Shown here: positions 43,907 through 54,419 of the stretch, one piece after another
How the letters are laid out: the number at the start of each line of letters is the position of its first letter
Numbering within the stretch: position 1 is the stretch's first letter
Source: Bdellovibrionales bacterium
GTDB taxonomy: Bacteria > Bdellovibrionota > UBA1018 > CAIMNF01
Assembly: GCA_018266375.1 (NCBI GenBank)
Contig: JAFEAO010000002.1
Location: 189,582 to 253,581, forward strand
DNA: 64,000 nucleotides
Reading direction: 5' to 3'
Notes under the pieces: generated by a model
What the model was told of the DNA's origin: nothing
Seen by the model: the letters and a program-made list of their open reading frames with translations, nothing else
Database searches by the model: none
Made by a program: the position numbers and the translations under genes

Positions 43907-44839
43907 ATGAACAAAAGTTTCTCGAAGTCCCTTGTAGGCGCAGTACTTCTTGCAACCTTTTCGCTGTCGGCTGCTGAAGCCGCCGATATGCTCGACACGA
44001 GTAACCCAAGCTGTCACTTCGCCGCGTACAAAGGCGGCAAGTGGGTCCGAGTCTCGTCAAGCGAAGTTCCAACTACTGCATTTAGCTCACGAACGCCGTC
44101 GAAGACGCAGTCGGGCGTCTCGGTCACGAAGCTCAATAACGTTTGGTATTCCTTCAATGATTCCTGCGCCGTTTCTTCGGGCGGATCAGGGGGCGGTGGC
44201 GGTTCAAGCACGCACGTTTGGTTTGCGGAGCTCGGTTTAGTTTATCCGAAAGCCATGGGCGACGGCGTGGACGGCGGTCCGATCGCAAGCGGTAGCGCAA
44301 CGGGTGTGATGGGTGCTTATCAAAATTCGATCGGCTGGAGTATCGGCTTCGGTAAGCACCTGAGTCCGACCCAATCGATTTTCGCGACTTTTAAACATTA
44401 CGGCGGTAAGCAAGATACGACTTTGAGCTCTTCGGGCCAGACGGGTACACTTGCAGGCGCAGATAGTTTTACGCTCTTCGGTGTTGGTTTCCGTCACGCG
44501 TTTAGCACATCGACCTTTGCTCCGTTTTTGGAAGCGCAAGTCGGTTACGGAAGCGCGAGCACGACGATTACGACGACCGGATTCACGGCGGGCCTCGCCG
44601 GCTATAACGGCGTAACCGAGTTTTCAAGCAGCTCACTTTGGTTTGCTCTGAAGTTGGGAGCAAATTGGAATGTGTCCGACTCGATTAGTGTCGTTCCTTC
44701 GGTAGGTTACGAGAAATACTCGGGCAGCACCGCCACTGTAAAGTCCTCAACCAGTACGCTCTATACGACTGGGCAGAGCATTACCGCGTCCGCGAGTGGG
44801 TGGCTGACTTTCGGCGCGAACCTTCAGTATAATTTCTAA
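43907..44839 (+). CDS. Outer-membrane beta-barrel protein with a small N-terminal domain and a Gly linker
   Basis: Signal peptide ...SLSAAEA. Linker SSGGSGGGGGSS. Alternating-hydrophobic strands. C-terminus is NLQYNF. Confidence 0.75.
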   Translation: MNKSFSKSLVGAVLLATFSLSAAEAADMLDTSNPSCHFAAYKGGKWVRVSSSEVPTTAFSSRTPSKTQSGVSVTKLNNVWYSFNDSCAVSSGGSGGGGGSSTHVWFAELGLVYPKAMGDGVDGGPIASGSATGVMGAYQNSIGWSIGFGKHLSPTQSIFATFKHYGGKQDTTLSSSGQTGTLAGADSFTLFGVGFRHAFSTSTFAPFLEAQVGYGSASTTITTTGFTAGLAGYNGVTEFSSSSLWFALKLGANWNVSDSISVVPSVGYEKYSGSTATVKSSTSTLYTTGQSITASASGWLTFGANLQYNF

Positions 44840-44862
44840 CGGCGGCTCGCTATCCTGAACGT

Positions 44863-45285
44863 ATGGACGAGTTCTTGAAGAATAATTTGCGGTGGGCCGC
44901 GTTTGTCACGATTGCGGAGTGCATCTGCTATCCGGCGTTTTATGTGAAGTCGGATCCTTCGTGTTCGCTCCAGGTCAAAGGGGCCGTGCCGTTTAGTCCT
45001 GAGTTTTGGAAGTATCTGCCTTGGATCTTTGGAGTGGTGTTTGTTGCAGGCCTTGTGTGGAGTGGCGTTGCAAAGGCTTTGCGCCGTCCAGTCGTGCGCC
45101 CAATCATGATGATCTTGATGTGCTTGCCGTTCCTGGCGTTTGATCGCGATTATCCGATGTGTAATACCACTCCGCCCTGGATGACGATTGCACGGTGGAC
45201 GGGGACGTTTTTTCTTCCGACGCTGCTTGCGGCATTGCTCGAGAGTCGGAAGCTACTTCAACACCGCCGCACACTCGTCCGGTAA
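44863..45285 (+). CDS. Small membrane protein, unknown function
   Basis: 4 predicted TM helices. Lies 23 nt after the preceding gene. Confidence 0.5.
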   Translation: MDEFLKNNLRWAAFVTIAECICYPAFYVKSDPSCSLQVKGAVPFSPEFWKYLPWIFGVVFVAGLVWSGVAKALRRPVVRPIMMILMCLPFLAFDRDYPMCNTTPPWMTIARWTGTFFLPTLLAALLESRKLLQHRRTLVR

Positions 45286-46107
45286 TACCGGCATTGTCGG
45301 ATTTTGCTGCTTAAACGCGTTCTTCTTGGTTTCTTCTTTGGCTTCGGCACTCCACCACCAGGAGAGAGTGGCATCGCAGCCGTTACCCTCGGGTAACGGG
45401 TCGGCGCCTTGCTTGCACAATTTGTCGCCCGGGGCGCAGAGCAATCGCAGATGAAAATGATCGGCATGCCCGTACCAGGGACGCAGTTTGCGAATCCATT
45501 TCTCCGATGACTTGTCAGACGAATAGCGATCGCAGATCTCGCGCTTGATTGCGGGATTGACCAAAATGCGATCGACGGCATCGCGTTCGGCGATGGAGCG
45601 TAGGAGCTCGATCTGATCCGGTCCAAAGTGCTTATTGACTTTGGTGGTGGCCGCATCCGCCATGATTGCATTCGGAGTTTTGAGTCGCTGCTTGAGCGGG
45701 GCTTTCGTGTTCCATTTTTTGATCACGGCGTAGCCGATGTCGGCATCTAAGCCCGTTTGATGGCTTGCGTGCGCGGACATCGTCGGTCCGCCGCGCGCCT
45801 GACTCAAGTCACCGATAAAAAGCGGCGAGAGTTTGGTCCCTGCGCGCTCGTGCCCGATGTCGCGCAACATTTGCGTGAGCCTCGGATGCGCGAAATTTCG
45901 GTGGCGCTCGGGATGCATGATCAATGTTCCCGGCGTGTCTTGCTTCAGCTCTTCGGCGCCTTGCAGACATCCGGCTGAGGGGCTGCCGATGGATTCAGCT
46001 GGAGTGGTGCTTGGATTTTTGACCTTGGACCAAGGATTGTCGATCTTGGCTGCTAAGGTGGAAGTGGAACTCATGGAGAGAGAAGCAACGAGCGCGAGAA
46101 TGAGCAT
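45253..46107 (-). CDS. mepA: Penicillin-insensitive murein endopeptidase (peptidase M74)
   Basis: HASHQTGLDADI and HADHFHLRL match MepA signature regions. Start placed at MLILALVASLS (signal peptide). Confidence 0.87.
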   Translation of the reverse strand: MLILALVASLSMSSTSTLAAKIDNPWSKVKNPSTTPAESIGSPSAGCLQGAEELKQDTPGTLIMHPERHRNFAHPRLTQMLRDIGHERAGTKLSPLFIGDLSQARGGPTMSAHASHQTGLDADIGYAVIKKWNTKAPLKQRLKTPNAIMADAATTKVNKHFGPDQIELLRSIAERDAVDRILVNPAIKREICDRYSSDKSSEKWIRKLRPWYGHADHFHLRLLCAPGDKLCKQGADPLPEGNGCDATLSWWWSAEAKEETKKNAFKQQNPTMPVLPDECAAVLK

Positions 46108-46310
46108 GGGTAGAGTGTACTGGCCAAAAATCGATTCAACAATGTTCGTTGAAATAAAATTCCTCCAGGTTATAATGTTGATTGATTCTGTCAGATAATG
46201 TAAGCCGCCCCACACGTGCGGGATTGGGCCAGTAGGGTTGAAAGGCTCGAATCCGACTTAGCCGATGACGGCTCGACCATTGCCTTGAAGGGCCGCATTC
46301 GCCCGAAAAT

Positions 46311-46350
46311 CGCAAAATAAAAAACCGCCGGAGCAAGTTGCCCCGACGGT
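46311..46350 (-). terminator. Probable terminator after the lipoprotein gene 46372..47283
   Basis: On the minus strand, accgtcgg...ccggcggt stem (one mismatch) followed by ttttttatttt. Confidence 0.5.
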
Positions 46351-46371
46351 CCAGAAAGTATCAGGAAAAAA

Positions 46372-47283
46372 TTAATGAGCCGAAGGATCGTACAACGTGC
46401 CATCCAAGTAGTACTTGGTCGCGTTGTTACAATCGTATACCCACTTGAACACGTGGCCGTCGCCGAAATCAAACACCCAGCTCCCGCTACGGTAGTATTT
46501 CGAGCAAGTCGTATCGTAGGTGAGGTTCTCCGATTTCATCGTCATTGTGATGTCGTTGTAGGTCGCGGCCTCGCGAGCGCCTTGGTCGTCCTCGCGAGGG
46601 AAAGTGCCTGCGTAGTGCCAGCTTCCGCTGTAATCCACCGAGCCTTTGTCCCAAACGTTGACTGCGCCCGAATCAGGAGTCCACTTCGCATTCCAGGTGC
46701 CGTCGTAGGCATAATCGCCCGAGTACCCGTTGTAAGAATACTTCACGGTACCCGAGTAAGTGCTTTGAAAAACAGCGCTGATGCCCTGAATGATTTCCGA
46801 GAAAATCCCTTTGCCCGTGTACTCGTAGCCTGAAGCCGGAGTGCCGGCAGAAGCAGCGGTGCTGTTTTTACTTTCAAACACGTAGCTTCCCTCGTATCCA
46901 CCCGCCATCCACTTTTTGGTGTCGTCCTTGTCCTTGAGCGTATAAGTACCGTGATTGGTGTAGGTCGAGTTTCCGTTGACGACGGCGTCACAGTTGAATG
47001 TGTACGTCTGAGTCAGTGGGATTCCGTCACCGTCCGCATCTACCGGAGATGCGACCGAGTTGGAAACGCAGCCCAAGCCCGCCTTCATCAAAACGCCGGC
47101 GCCGGAAAGACCCGGAACTTGCGACAATGACGGGGCTGAGTTTGATTTCATACCGGTGATTTGAGCGATCGCGAGATTTGAAACCTGGAGTGCTTGGGAA
47201 GCCGACGTTACACCTGTCGAGCCTCCGCAAGCACTCACCACAACCGAAGATCCGACGGCAATGATGATATTGATGATTCTCAT
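46372..47283 (-). CDS. Lipoprotein, unknown function (Y/G/T/S-rich beta-type composition)
   Basis: Lipobox VSACGG. Confidence 0.7.
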   Translation of the reverse strand: MRIINIIIAVGSSVVVSACGGSTGVTSASQALQVSNLAIAQITGMKSNSAPSLSQVPGLSGAGVLMKAGLGCVSNSVASPVDADGDGIPLTQTYTFNCDAVVNGNSTYTNHGTYTLKDKDDTKKWMAGGYEGSYVFESKNSTAASAGTPASGYEYTGKGIFSEIIQGISAVFQSTYSGTVKYSYNGYSGDYAYDGTWNAKWTPDSGAVNVWDKGSVDYSGSWHYAGTFPREDDQGAREAATYNDITMTMKSENLTYDTTCSKYYRSGSWVFDFGDGHVFKWVYDCNNATKYYLDGTLYDPSAH

Positions 47284-47301
47284 ATCAACTTACCGCCTTT
47301 A

Positions 47302-48282
47302 TTAGAACTTGTAGACCAGGGACGCAGAAGTGAGGAAGCTGCTTCCGTTGACGTTACCGGTAGCGCCGGCAGCCATGAGGCCGTCGAGAGAGAAGTTTCC
47401 GTGAGTGACGGTTGCACCCAAGTTCACCGCTGTGTTGTTTTGGTTGATGTTAGTCGCAGTGGTTTTGTTCATGCGAATGACCGATTGAGACAATGAACCG
47501 CGGATTTGCGCCCAAGTGAACAAACCGGTTTCGATACCTGCGTAGATCGGCAAGTTAGCCGCGTCGTTGTTACTCGCGTGAGCGTAGCTGATCTCAGCAC
47601 CGTAGAAGAAGAAACCTTCGCCGATTTTTGTCGATTGGTTTTGGAGGCCGAGTTGCGCGCCGTAGACGTTATCGGTGGTGCCGGTAATGTCCGTGCGGTA
47701 ATAGTTCACGGTTCCGTAGAATTGGTTGTCGCCTGCAGGCGCGTTGTATGAGCCCTTGATGACCGGGAACACTTTTGCGTTTGCAGCTCCGCTCTCTGAT
47801 TTTGAGTAAGCGGTCGCGGCGAGACCGAGGTTGCCGTCGCCGACTTTGCTACCGAAAGTCGCACCGAAAGTCATTTCTTTCGCGCCGGTCGTTTTGATGT
47901 CCGCGTAAGACACGTTCAAGCCGTAACCGATATCGCCGTGTGAGTAGACGAGGTAGAACGGGTTGTTCTGAGTTTCGAGAGTGTTGGTGTTACGAACAGC
48001 GTCCACGATCGGGTCTTGGTGACCGAAGTAGACACCAAGGATACCGTCGCCTGATTTTTTGTAGAAACCGCCTTCAGCGCGTGGGCTGGTTGCGAATGTT
48101 CCGGTCGGACCCATTTCCATGGTGAGGTATTGTCCCAAGTTTCCGACGTATTGCGGATAGTCGAAAATAGTCTGAGTGTCGACCCAGAAAGACCCGAAAC
48201 CACCGAGAGCGGCTTGGCGGGCTTTAGTGGCGTGAGCAGTAGATGTCGCTAACAATGCGAGAATTACTAAGATGTTTTTCAT
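47302..48282 (-). CDS. Outer-membrane beta-barrel / porin-like protein
   Basis: Signal peptide MKNILVILALLATSTAHA. Strand-like periodicity. C-terminus is SLVYKF. Confidence 0.75.
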   Translation of the reverse strand: MKNILVILALLATSTAHATKARQAALGGFGSFWVDTQTIFDYPQYVGNLGQYLTMEMGPTGTFATSPRAEGGFYKKSGDGILGVYFGHQDPIVDAVRNTNTLETQNNPFYLVYSHGDIGYGLNVSYADIKTTGAKEMTFGATFGSKVGDGNLGLAATAYSKSESGAANAKVFPVIKGSYNAPAGDNQFYGTVNYYRTDITGTTDNVYGAQLGLQNQSTKIGEGFFFYGAEISYAHASNNDAANLPIYAGIETGLFTWAQIRGSLSQSVIRMNKTTATNINQNNTAVNLGATVTHGNFSLDGLMAAGATGNVNGSSFLTSASLVYKF

Positions 48283-48434
48283 GCTGTCCTTTCGTTGCAC
48301 AGTAGAGTTTTTTGTTGTGATGGAGAAATCGTATAAAAAAATCACTACAGCGCAATCCTTTTTTAAAGGATGGCTTTAGAAAAATTAAAGTTCTGATTCA
48401 AAAATTAACGGTTGTTAATTTTCAAATTCAAAAA

Positions 48435-49286
48435 TCATCTCAGAAAATCATCGACAATGAGAGCCGTCGCTTGCGCGGCATTGGGAGAAACATCGGCTGG
48501 AAATTCGGATTCGCCGATATACTGGCCGTGGGCGCCTGGAAACACCATGTACTGTCCGTGCTGCACGAGGCTTGCGAGTTTTCTCGCGTGCTCGACCGTC
48601 GCCACGTCACTTGAGGCAGTCATGACGAGAGTGGGTGCCGTGATTTTTTTGATCTGCGCGGTCGGAATATCTTTGAAGTGAACCATGCGGTAGACGTCGC
48701 GCTCAAACATCTTTTGAAGTGCCGCCGGATCGGGGTTCACGCGCAAAAAATCGGCTTTCAACTGGGCCGGCATCGCATCGAGAGTCGCATGGTTAAAGCT
48801 CTTCCAAAATCCCTTGATCGCGATTCCCGCGCGGGCGTATATTCCGGATGCCGGAATGATTTTGCGTACCCACGCAGGGTAATGAATCCCCATCACGAGA
48901 GACGTAGTTGCGCCATTGCTGAACCCCATGACGTCGACCTGTGGGATTTTTAAAAACTTGAGGAGAGCGACGATGTCACTCGCGGTGTTTTCAAACGATT
49001 CGACGCGATCGATGTCAGCCGTACGACCATGAGATTGCTCTTCGATCGCGATGATCTGCCGGGTTTTAGATAGAAACGGAATCATTCGTCCCCAAGTCGA
49101 GTCGATGGTCGATCCGCCACCATGGATCAGAACGAGCGGTACCTGACCCGTCTGGAGCGTGCCGTGAATCTCGTAATACATTTTGAGTCCGTTGACCGGA
49201 GCTCGAGTGGGTTTAACGATGGGTTTAGAGGTCGCGCATGCGGATAGCGCGCATGCGAGGGCGGCGGAGACGACGAGTTTGTTCAT
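48435..49286 (-). CDS. Alpha/beta hydrolase lipoprotein
   Basis: Lipobox LSACA. HGGG oxyanion region LIHGGGS. Nucleophile elbow GFSNG. Confidence 0.85.
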   Translation of the reverse strand: MNKLVVSAALACALSACATSKPIVKPTRAPVNGLKMYYEIHGTLQTGQVPLVLIHGGGSTIDSTWGRMIPFLSKTRQIIAIEEQSHGRTADIDRVESFENTASDIVALLKFLKIPQVDVMGFSNGATTSLVMGIHYPAWVRKIIPASGIYARAGIAIKGFWKSFNHATLDAMPAQLKADFLRVNPDPAALQKMFERDVYRMVHFKDIPTAQIKKITAPTLVMTASSDVATVEHARKLASLVQHGQYMVFPGAHGQYIGESEFPADVSPNAAQATALIVDDFLR

Positions 49287-50938
49287 GAACTCATTGTAGA
49301 GTTGGAGCCGCTGAGAGGCAAGCGGACATAGAAGGTGGTGCCGTCGCTTTTGCTGCTGGTGAGATCGACCGTACCGGAATGGGCCTCGGTGATCCCTTTG
49401 ACGAGAGTCAGCCCGATTCCCCAGCCTTTGATGTTGCTCGTGAGGACGGCGCCCGACCGACGGTAAAAATTGAAGAGCGTCTGTTGCTCGATCTCCGGAA
49501 TCGGATTGCCTTGATTGTGCACGGAGAGCTCGACCAAGTTCGGCGCCGTGCGGAGTCCGACCGTGATCGGGGTTCGTGGATCGCCGTACTTCATGGCGTT
49601 CGAGGTGAGATTTTCGATCACGCGTTGGATCGCGTCCGGGTCCCAGTTTCCCGAAACCGCACCCGCGCCGTTTTCAAACTGGAAGCGCGACGAGTTAAGG
49701 GAGTTCAGGTCCTCGACCACGCGGCCGACGAGTTCATCGAGGCGGAGCGTTTCGGTTTTGATCGGAATGCCTTCTCCTGCCTTGATGCGGTCGGAGTCGA
49801 GCAGGTCGCGGATCATTCTTTCGGCGCGGTCGATGGCGTTGACGATACGATCGGCCCCGCGCTTAACGCTTTCAGGGTCGAAGCCTTTGCGGGACAAAAG
49901 CTGTGCCGAGATCCTCGCGGCCGTGAGCGGTGTACGCAGATCGTGACTCAGGGTCGCGATGAATCGCTCGCGAAGTTCCCGCTCGCGATTCAATGTGCGA
50001 AGCGATTTCTCGAGGCGAAGCTTATCGAGCGCTTTGTCGGACACGTCGAGCACAAGCGCGATCAGGCCGCGTACTTCACCCGTGACTTTGTCAATGTCGG
50101 GGGTGTACGACCCATAAACAATTTTGTTGCCGCTCGGATACGGCATCTCCTGTTCGAATTCGCAGAAATGGCCGGCGAGTGCGCGGTCGAGATGGGGTTT
50201 GGAAAAGTCCATGGCCAACAAACCGCGGACTTCGAGAACCGTTTTGCCGATAAAGTCCCCATTTTTGAGTTTGAACGCTTTTCGGTAGGCGGCGTTGACG
50301 AACTGGTAACGATACTCGCGATCAAGGTATGCGATCATGGCTGGGACGGTGTCCGTCATGAGGAGCGCTTGCGTTGCCGTCAAACGACTCGTCTTCTCGC
50401 GCTCTTCGAGTTCGCGAGCATGCCGGTAGGCTTGAACGACGCCGGTCGTGAATCCGGCAATGGATTCGAGGAGACGCTGATCTTCGAGGTCGAAATGATT
50501 ATGGCTCGTGTGCAAAATCGCCCAGACTGTTCCGATGGATTGACCGTCTTGGAAAAACGGGGCCAGTAGCGCTTCGCTAACCGGAATACCCAGACTTGAA
50601 ATATGTTCATGCGGCAGGGTCGTATCGAGATGAGGAGCGAGCGTGCCTGCCGCCGCATGCCACCGATAAACGACTTCGTTACCGTCCACTTCGGCGATGC
50701 TGATGCCGGCAGACTCCGCGCGGCTCAGTCGGAGCACCTGCTCGACGAGTTCTTGAAGCGCCGCTTGAGGCGATTGGCCTAAAGTGCTTGAAATAGAACG
50801 AAGTGCCGTTGCTTCGGACTTGTAGTCTGGCTCTCGAGATGGACGTGCATTTAAATCGTCGGCGAAAATGACTTTATCCGCGGGCACCGGGCCTGAGAAA
50901 AAGGCAGTCCTCGCGGACTCGCTAGGCGTATTCGGCAT
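49283..50938 (-). CDS. Cytoplasmic sensor histidine kinase (GAF, PAS, HisKA, HATPase), with no adjacent cognate regulator
   Basis: H-box SHDLRTPLT, N box NLTSNAMKYG and G box GWGIGLTLV. Confidence 0.9.
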   Translation of the reverse strand: MPNTPSESARTAFFSGPVPADKVIFADDLNARPSREPDYKSEATALRSISSTLGQSPQAALQELVEQVLRLSRAESAGISIAEVDGNEVVYRWHAAAGTLAPHLDTTLPHEHISSLGIPVSEALLAPFFQDGQSIGTVWAILHTSHNHFDLEDQRLLESIAGFTTGVVQAYRHARELEEREKTSRLTATQALLMTDTVPAMIAYLDREYRYQFVNAAYRKAFKLKNGDFIGKTVLEVRGLLAMDFSKPHLDRALAGHFCEFEQEMPYPSGNKIVYGSYTPDIDKVTGEVRGLIALVLDVSDKALDKLRLEKSLRTLNRERELRERFIATLSHDLRTPLTAARISAQLLSRKGFDPESVKRGADRIVNAIDRAERMIRDLLDSDRIKAGEGIPIKTETLRLDELVGRVVEDLNSLNSSRFQFENGAGAVSGNWDPDAIQRVIENLTSNAMKYGDPRTPITVGLRTAPNLVELSVHNQGNPIPEIEQQTLFNFYRRSGAVLTSNIKGWGIGLTLVKGITEAHSGTVDLTSSKSDGTTFYVRLPLSGSNSTMSS

Positions 50939-51057
50939 CCATTAATCAATATCTCGAATCGACGTTCGGGTCTATAAACCTTTAGGTCTAAACTAAGATT
51001 AAAGAATGAAAGGTTTTCAATGCGTTAGGACTGTTTTGGCTGATAGACTGAAAGAAT

Positions 51058-53178
51058 ATGAAACTCACTGCTTATCTCGTAGCAGCACTCGCTGCGTTAA
51101 TGTCTTTGAACTCCCTCGCTTCGGAGAAGCCAATGAAATCTACAAATCCGCTTCTTGCTCCATGGCCCGGTCCGTACGGCGGGCTTCCGCCGTTTGATAA
51201 AATCAAAGTCACCGATTTTAAACCTGCGTTTGAAGTTGCGATGGTTGAAAAGCGCGAGGAAGTGAAAGCGATCACGAGCAATAAAGATGCGCCAACCTTC
51301 GACAACACGATTCTCGCGCTCGAAAAATCGGGCGAGACTTTTTCTCGGGTGGCTCCGATGTTCGGGGTGTGGTCCGGAAGCGTCGGTGGCGACGAGTTCC
51401 ACGCGGTCGAGAAGGAACTCTCTCCGGTGCTCGCGTCATTCGGTGACGAGATCATTCAAAACGCCGAGCTCTTTAAGCGGATCGAAGCCGTGGCCAAAGG
51501 CGATCAAAGCAAGCTCACGGCCGAGCAAAAGCGGCTCGTGTGGTTGTATGAGACTCAATTTGTAAAAAACGGCGCGAAACTCACGACGGAACAAAAAAAG
51601 CGCGTGACCGCGATCAACCAACGTCTCGCGGCGCTCTCGACTGAGTTTTCGCAAAACGAGCTCGGCGATGAAGAGGACGACGCGTTGATTCTGGACAAAG
51701 CCGATCAGCTCGCGGGTCTTCCTCAGTCGGTGGTTGACGCCGCCGCAGAAGAAGCTCTGCACCGCAAGCTTTCGGGTAAATGGGTGATCTCAAACACTCG
51801 CTCGGCGATGCAGCCGTTCCTCACTTACGCGACAAACCGCGATCTTCGCGAAAAGGCGTTTAAGATCTGGGCGTCTCGCGGCGACAACGACAACAAGCAC
51901 GATAACAACAAAATCGTGACCGAGACGTTGAAGCTAAGACTTGAGCGTTCGAAACTCATGGGTTTTGATACATACGCGCACTGGCAATTGTCCGACACGA
52001 TGGCGCGCGATCCGGCGGTGGCGATGAAGCTCATGCTCCAGGTGTGGAAACCGGCGGTCGAGCGCGCGAAAGAGGAAGTCGCCGACATGCAATCGATCGT
52101 CGATCGAGAAAAAGGCGGATTTAGGATTCAGCCCTGGGATTATCGCTTCTACGCCGAGAAAGTGCGTAAAGCAAAATACGATCTCGATCTCGAAACGCTA
52201 AAGCCTTACTTGCAGCTCGATAACATCACCAAAGCCATGCACTGGATGGCGGGCAAGCTTTACGGATTCAAGTTCGAGAAGCTCAGCCACATCGCGGTCT
52301 TCAACCCGGATATGTCGGTCTACAAGGTTTTGGGCGCAAACGGCAAACTCGTCGGGATTTGGTATTTCGATCCGTACGCACGCGCGGGCAAGCGCTCGGG
52401 TGCCTGGATGGATGAGTGGCGCGCACAGTCCAAAGAGTGGGGGCACGCCGTCACCCCGATTGTTTCGAACAACGCAAACTTCGTAAAAGCAAAGCCGGGC
52501 GAGCCGGTACTGATTTCTTGGGACGACGCGATCACCATGTTCCACGAGTTCGGTCACGCGCTTCATACCTTGAATTCAAACGTGTTTTATGCCTCGCTTT
52601 CGGGCACAAATACGGCCCGCGACTGGGTCGAGTTCCCATCCCAGTTCCACGAGCATTATCTCGACACGCCCGAAGTCTTGAAATTTTTAACGGACAAAAA
52701 CGGAAAAAACATTCCAGCCGATTTGATCGCGAAGATCAAAAAAGCAAAAACCTTCAATCAGGGATTCGCGACTGTGGAATTTTTGGCGAGCGGAATCTTG
52801 GACATGAAGCTCCACCTCTCGAAAGACCCTTCGATTGATGCGCGTAAATTCGAAAAAGCCGCACTCAAAGAAATCGGTATGCCGGCCGAGATCATCATGC
52901 GTCACAGGATTCCGCACTTCGGCCACATCTTTTCGAGCGAAGGTTACGCTGCCGGTTACTACGGTTATCTGTGGGCGCAGGTGCTGGAAAGCGATGCCTT
53001 TGAAGCGTTTACCGAAGCCAAAGGCCCTTATGATAAAGCAGTCGCCAAAAAATTCCACGATCACATCATGTCGGTCGGGAACACCGTGGATTCGGCCAAG
53101 ACTTATCGCAAGTTCCGCGGTCGCGATGCTACGGCCGATGCGCTCTTAAAAGAGAGAGGATTCCCGGTTGGACGGTAG
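51058..53178 (+). CDS. dcp: Peptidyl-dipeptidase Dcp / oligopeptidase (peptidase M3), secreted
   Basis: Signal peptide. Motif HEFGHALH plus a downstream E (EFPSQF). Confidence 0.9.
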   Translation: MKLTAYLVAALAALMSLNSLASEKPMKSTNPLLAPWPGPYGGLPPFDKIKVTDFKPAFEVAMVEKREEVKAITSNKDAPTFDNTILALEKSGETFSRVAPMFGVWSGSVGGDEFHAVEKELSPVLASFGDEIIQNAELFKRIEAVAKGDQSKLTAEQKRLVWLYETQFVKNGAKLTTEQKKRVTAINQRLAALSTEFSQNELGDEEDDALILDKADQLAGLPQSVVDAAAEEALHRKLSGKWVISNTRSAMQPFLTYATNRDLREKAFKIWASRGDNDNKHDNNKIVTETLKLRLERSKLMGFDTYAHWQLSDTMARDPAVAMKLMLQVWKPAVERAKEEVADMQSIVDREKGGFRIQPWDYRFYAEKVRKAKYDLDLETLKPYLQLDNITKAMHWMAGKLYGFKFEKLSHIAVFNPDMSVYKVLGANGKLVGIWYFDPYARAGKRSGAWMDEWRAQSKEWGHAVTPIVSNNANFVKAKPGEPVLISWDDAITMFHEFGHALHTLNSNVFYASLSGTNTARDWVEFPSQFHEHYLDTPEVLKFLTDKNGKNIPADLIAKIKKAKTFNQGFATVEFLASGILDMKLHLSKDPSIDARKFEKAALKEIGMPAEIIMRHRIPHFGHIFSSEGYAAGYYGYLWAQVLESDAFEAFTEAKGPYDKAVAKKFHDHIMSVGNTVDSAKTYRKFRGRDATADALLKERGFPVGR

Positions 53179-53274
53179 TCGTCTGACTCAAACCCCCAGT
53201 TTTATGCCGGTGGTCATTCCAAAAGGCTGATACCATGACCTCGTATCTAAATAATTGGGTATTGGAGAGGGGCC

Positions 53275-54372
53275 ATGAAAGTTTTTGTTCAGAGTGTATT
53301 CACGTCGTTGGTCATCGGTTTTTTTAACGTAGCGTTCGCCGGTCAACCAGTAGTTTCAAGTTACGTGATCCGCAATTTGTCGGATGTTCAAGTGCAAAGG
53401 ATCGCCGATCAATTTGAGATCACGCGGAGCCGCGCGGGCGCCTACGAAGTGATGGTGCCAGTTCCCAAACGCACAGTATTTTTACAACTGGCCCCGAGTG
53501 CGGTTCTGACCAGGGCTGATATCTCGGACGAGATCCGCCGGAGCTTCAAGCTAAACCGCGCGGATAAAACCAAATCGGGTTATCACAGCTTCAATGAGGT
53601 GGTGCAGATCCTTCAAGCCACTGCGGCCGCGAATCCTAAGCTCACGCAACTTGTGAACTATGGAAAATCACACGGCGGAAAACCTTTGCTCGCGCTTCGA
53701 GTTTCAAACCAGTTGCAAAACCCAGCAGGCGTAAAGCGCGTGGTTCTGACCGCCGCTACCCACGGTGACGAAATCATCACCACCGAAGTGCTCTTAAACC
53801 TCATGATCGAGTTCATCACGGGTGCCACGAGCAATCCTCGCTTCGCTGCAATCTTAAGCAAAATCGAAGTTGATTTTATCCCGGTCGTGAATCCCGATGG
53901 GTTCTCTACCCAAGATCGTTACGATGAGGGTCAGGATCCGAATCGTTCGTTCCCTTGGCCCGAAAAACCAGGGGCAACTCCGACGACCAGTATCTCGGGT
54001 ATGATCGCATTTACTCAAACGTACCCGATGATCGGAAGTATCGACTTCCATGCCTTCGGCGAGCTCACGATGTACCCGTGGGCGTACACCCGCGATCCGG
54101 TATCGACCAGCGACGAGAAGGTCTTTGCCGAGGTCACAGGTAAGATGTCAGAGACCAATAAATACACTTTCGGTCAGATTTCGAAAGTGATCTACGTGGC
54201 CAAGGGCTCGAGCGCCGACTACTACTATTGGAAATACCACTCGCTCTCGCTCGGGGTTGAAATAGGGAACTCAAAGGCGCCGAACGTAAATCAATTTCCG
54301 CAATACATCGAGTCTCAGCGGGAAAGCACGTGGCGATTCCTGGAGTCATTTACCGGCGGAAAACGCGGATAA
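53275..54372 (+). CDS. Zinc carboxypeptidase (peptidase M14), secreted
   Basis: Signal peptide. Motifs THGDEIITTE (HxxE), NPDGF and DFHAFGE. Confidence 0.87.
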   Translation: MKVFVQSVFTSLVIGFFNVAFAGQPVVSSYVIRNLSDVQVQRIADQFEITRSRAGAYEVMVPVPKRTVFLQLAPSAVLTRADISDEIRRSFKLNRADKTKSGYHSFNEVVQILQATAAANPKLTQLVNYGKSHGGKPLLALRVSNQLQNPAGVKRVVLTAATHGDEIITTEVLLNLMIEFITGATSNPRFAAILSKIEVDFIPVVNPDGFSTQDRYDEGQDPNRSFPWPEKPGATPTTSISGMIAFTQTYPMIGSIDFHAFGELTMYPWAYTRDPVSTSDEKVFAEVTGKMSETNKYTFGQISKVIYVAKGSSADYYYWKYHSLSLGVEIGNSKAPNVNQFPQYIESQRESTWRFLESFTGGKRG

Positions 54373-54419
54373 CGAGTGCAGGAAGGCTCCAGCGGTTGAC
54401 TCGGGGTATTTTTGTTTTT

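Noticed and set aside
49379-50569. 396-aa ORF on the plus strand
   Set aside because: It lies entirely antisense to the histidine kinase gene, which has clear H, N and G boxes. Its R/A/G-rich composition is typical of shadow frames in GC-biased coding DNA.
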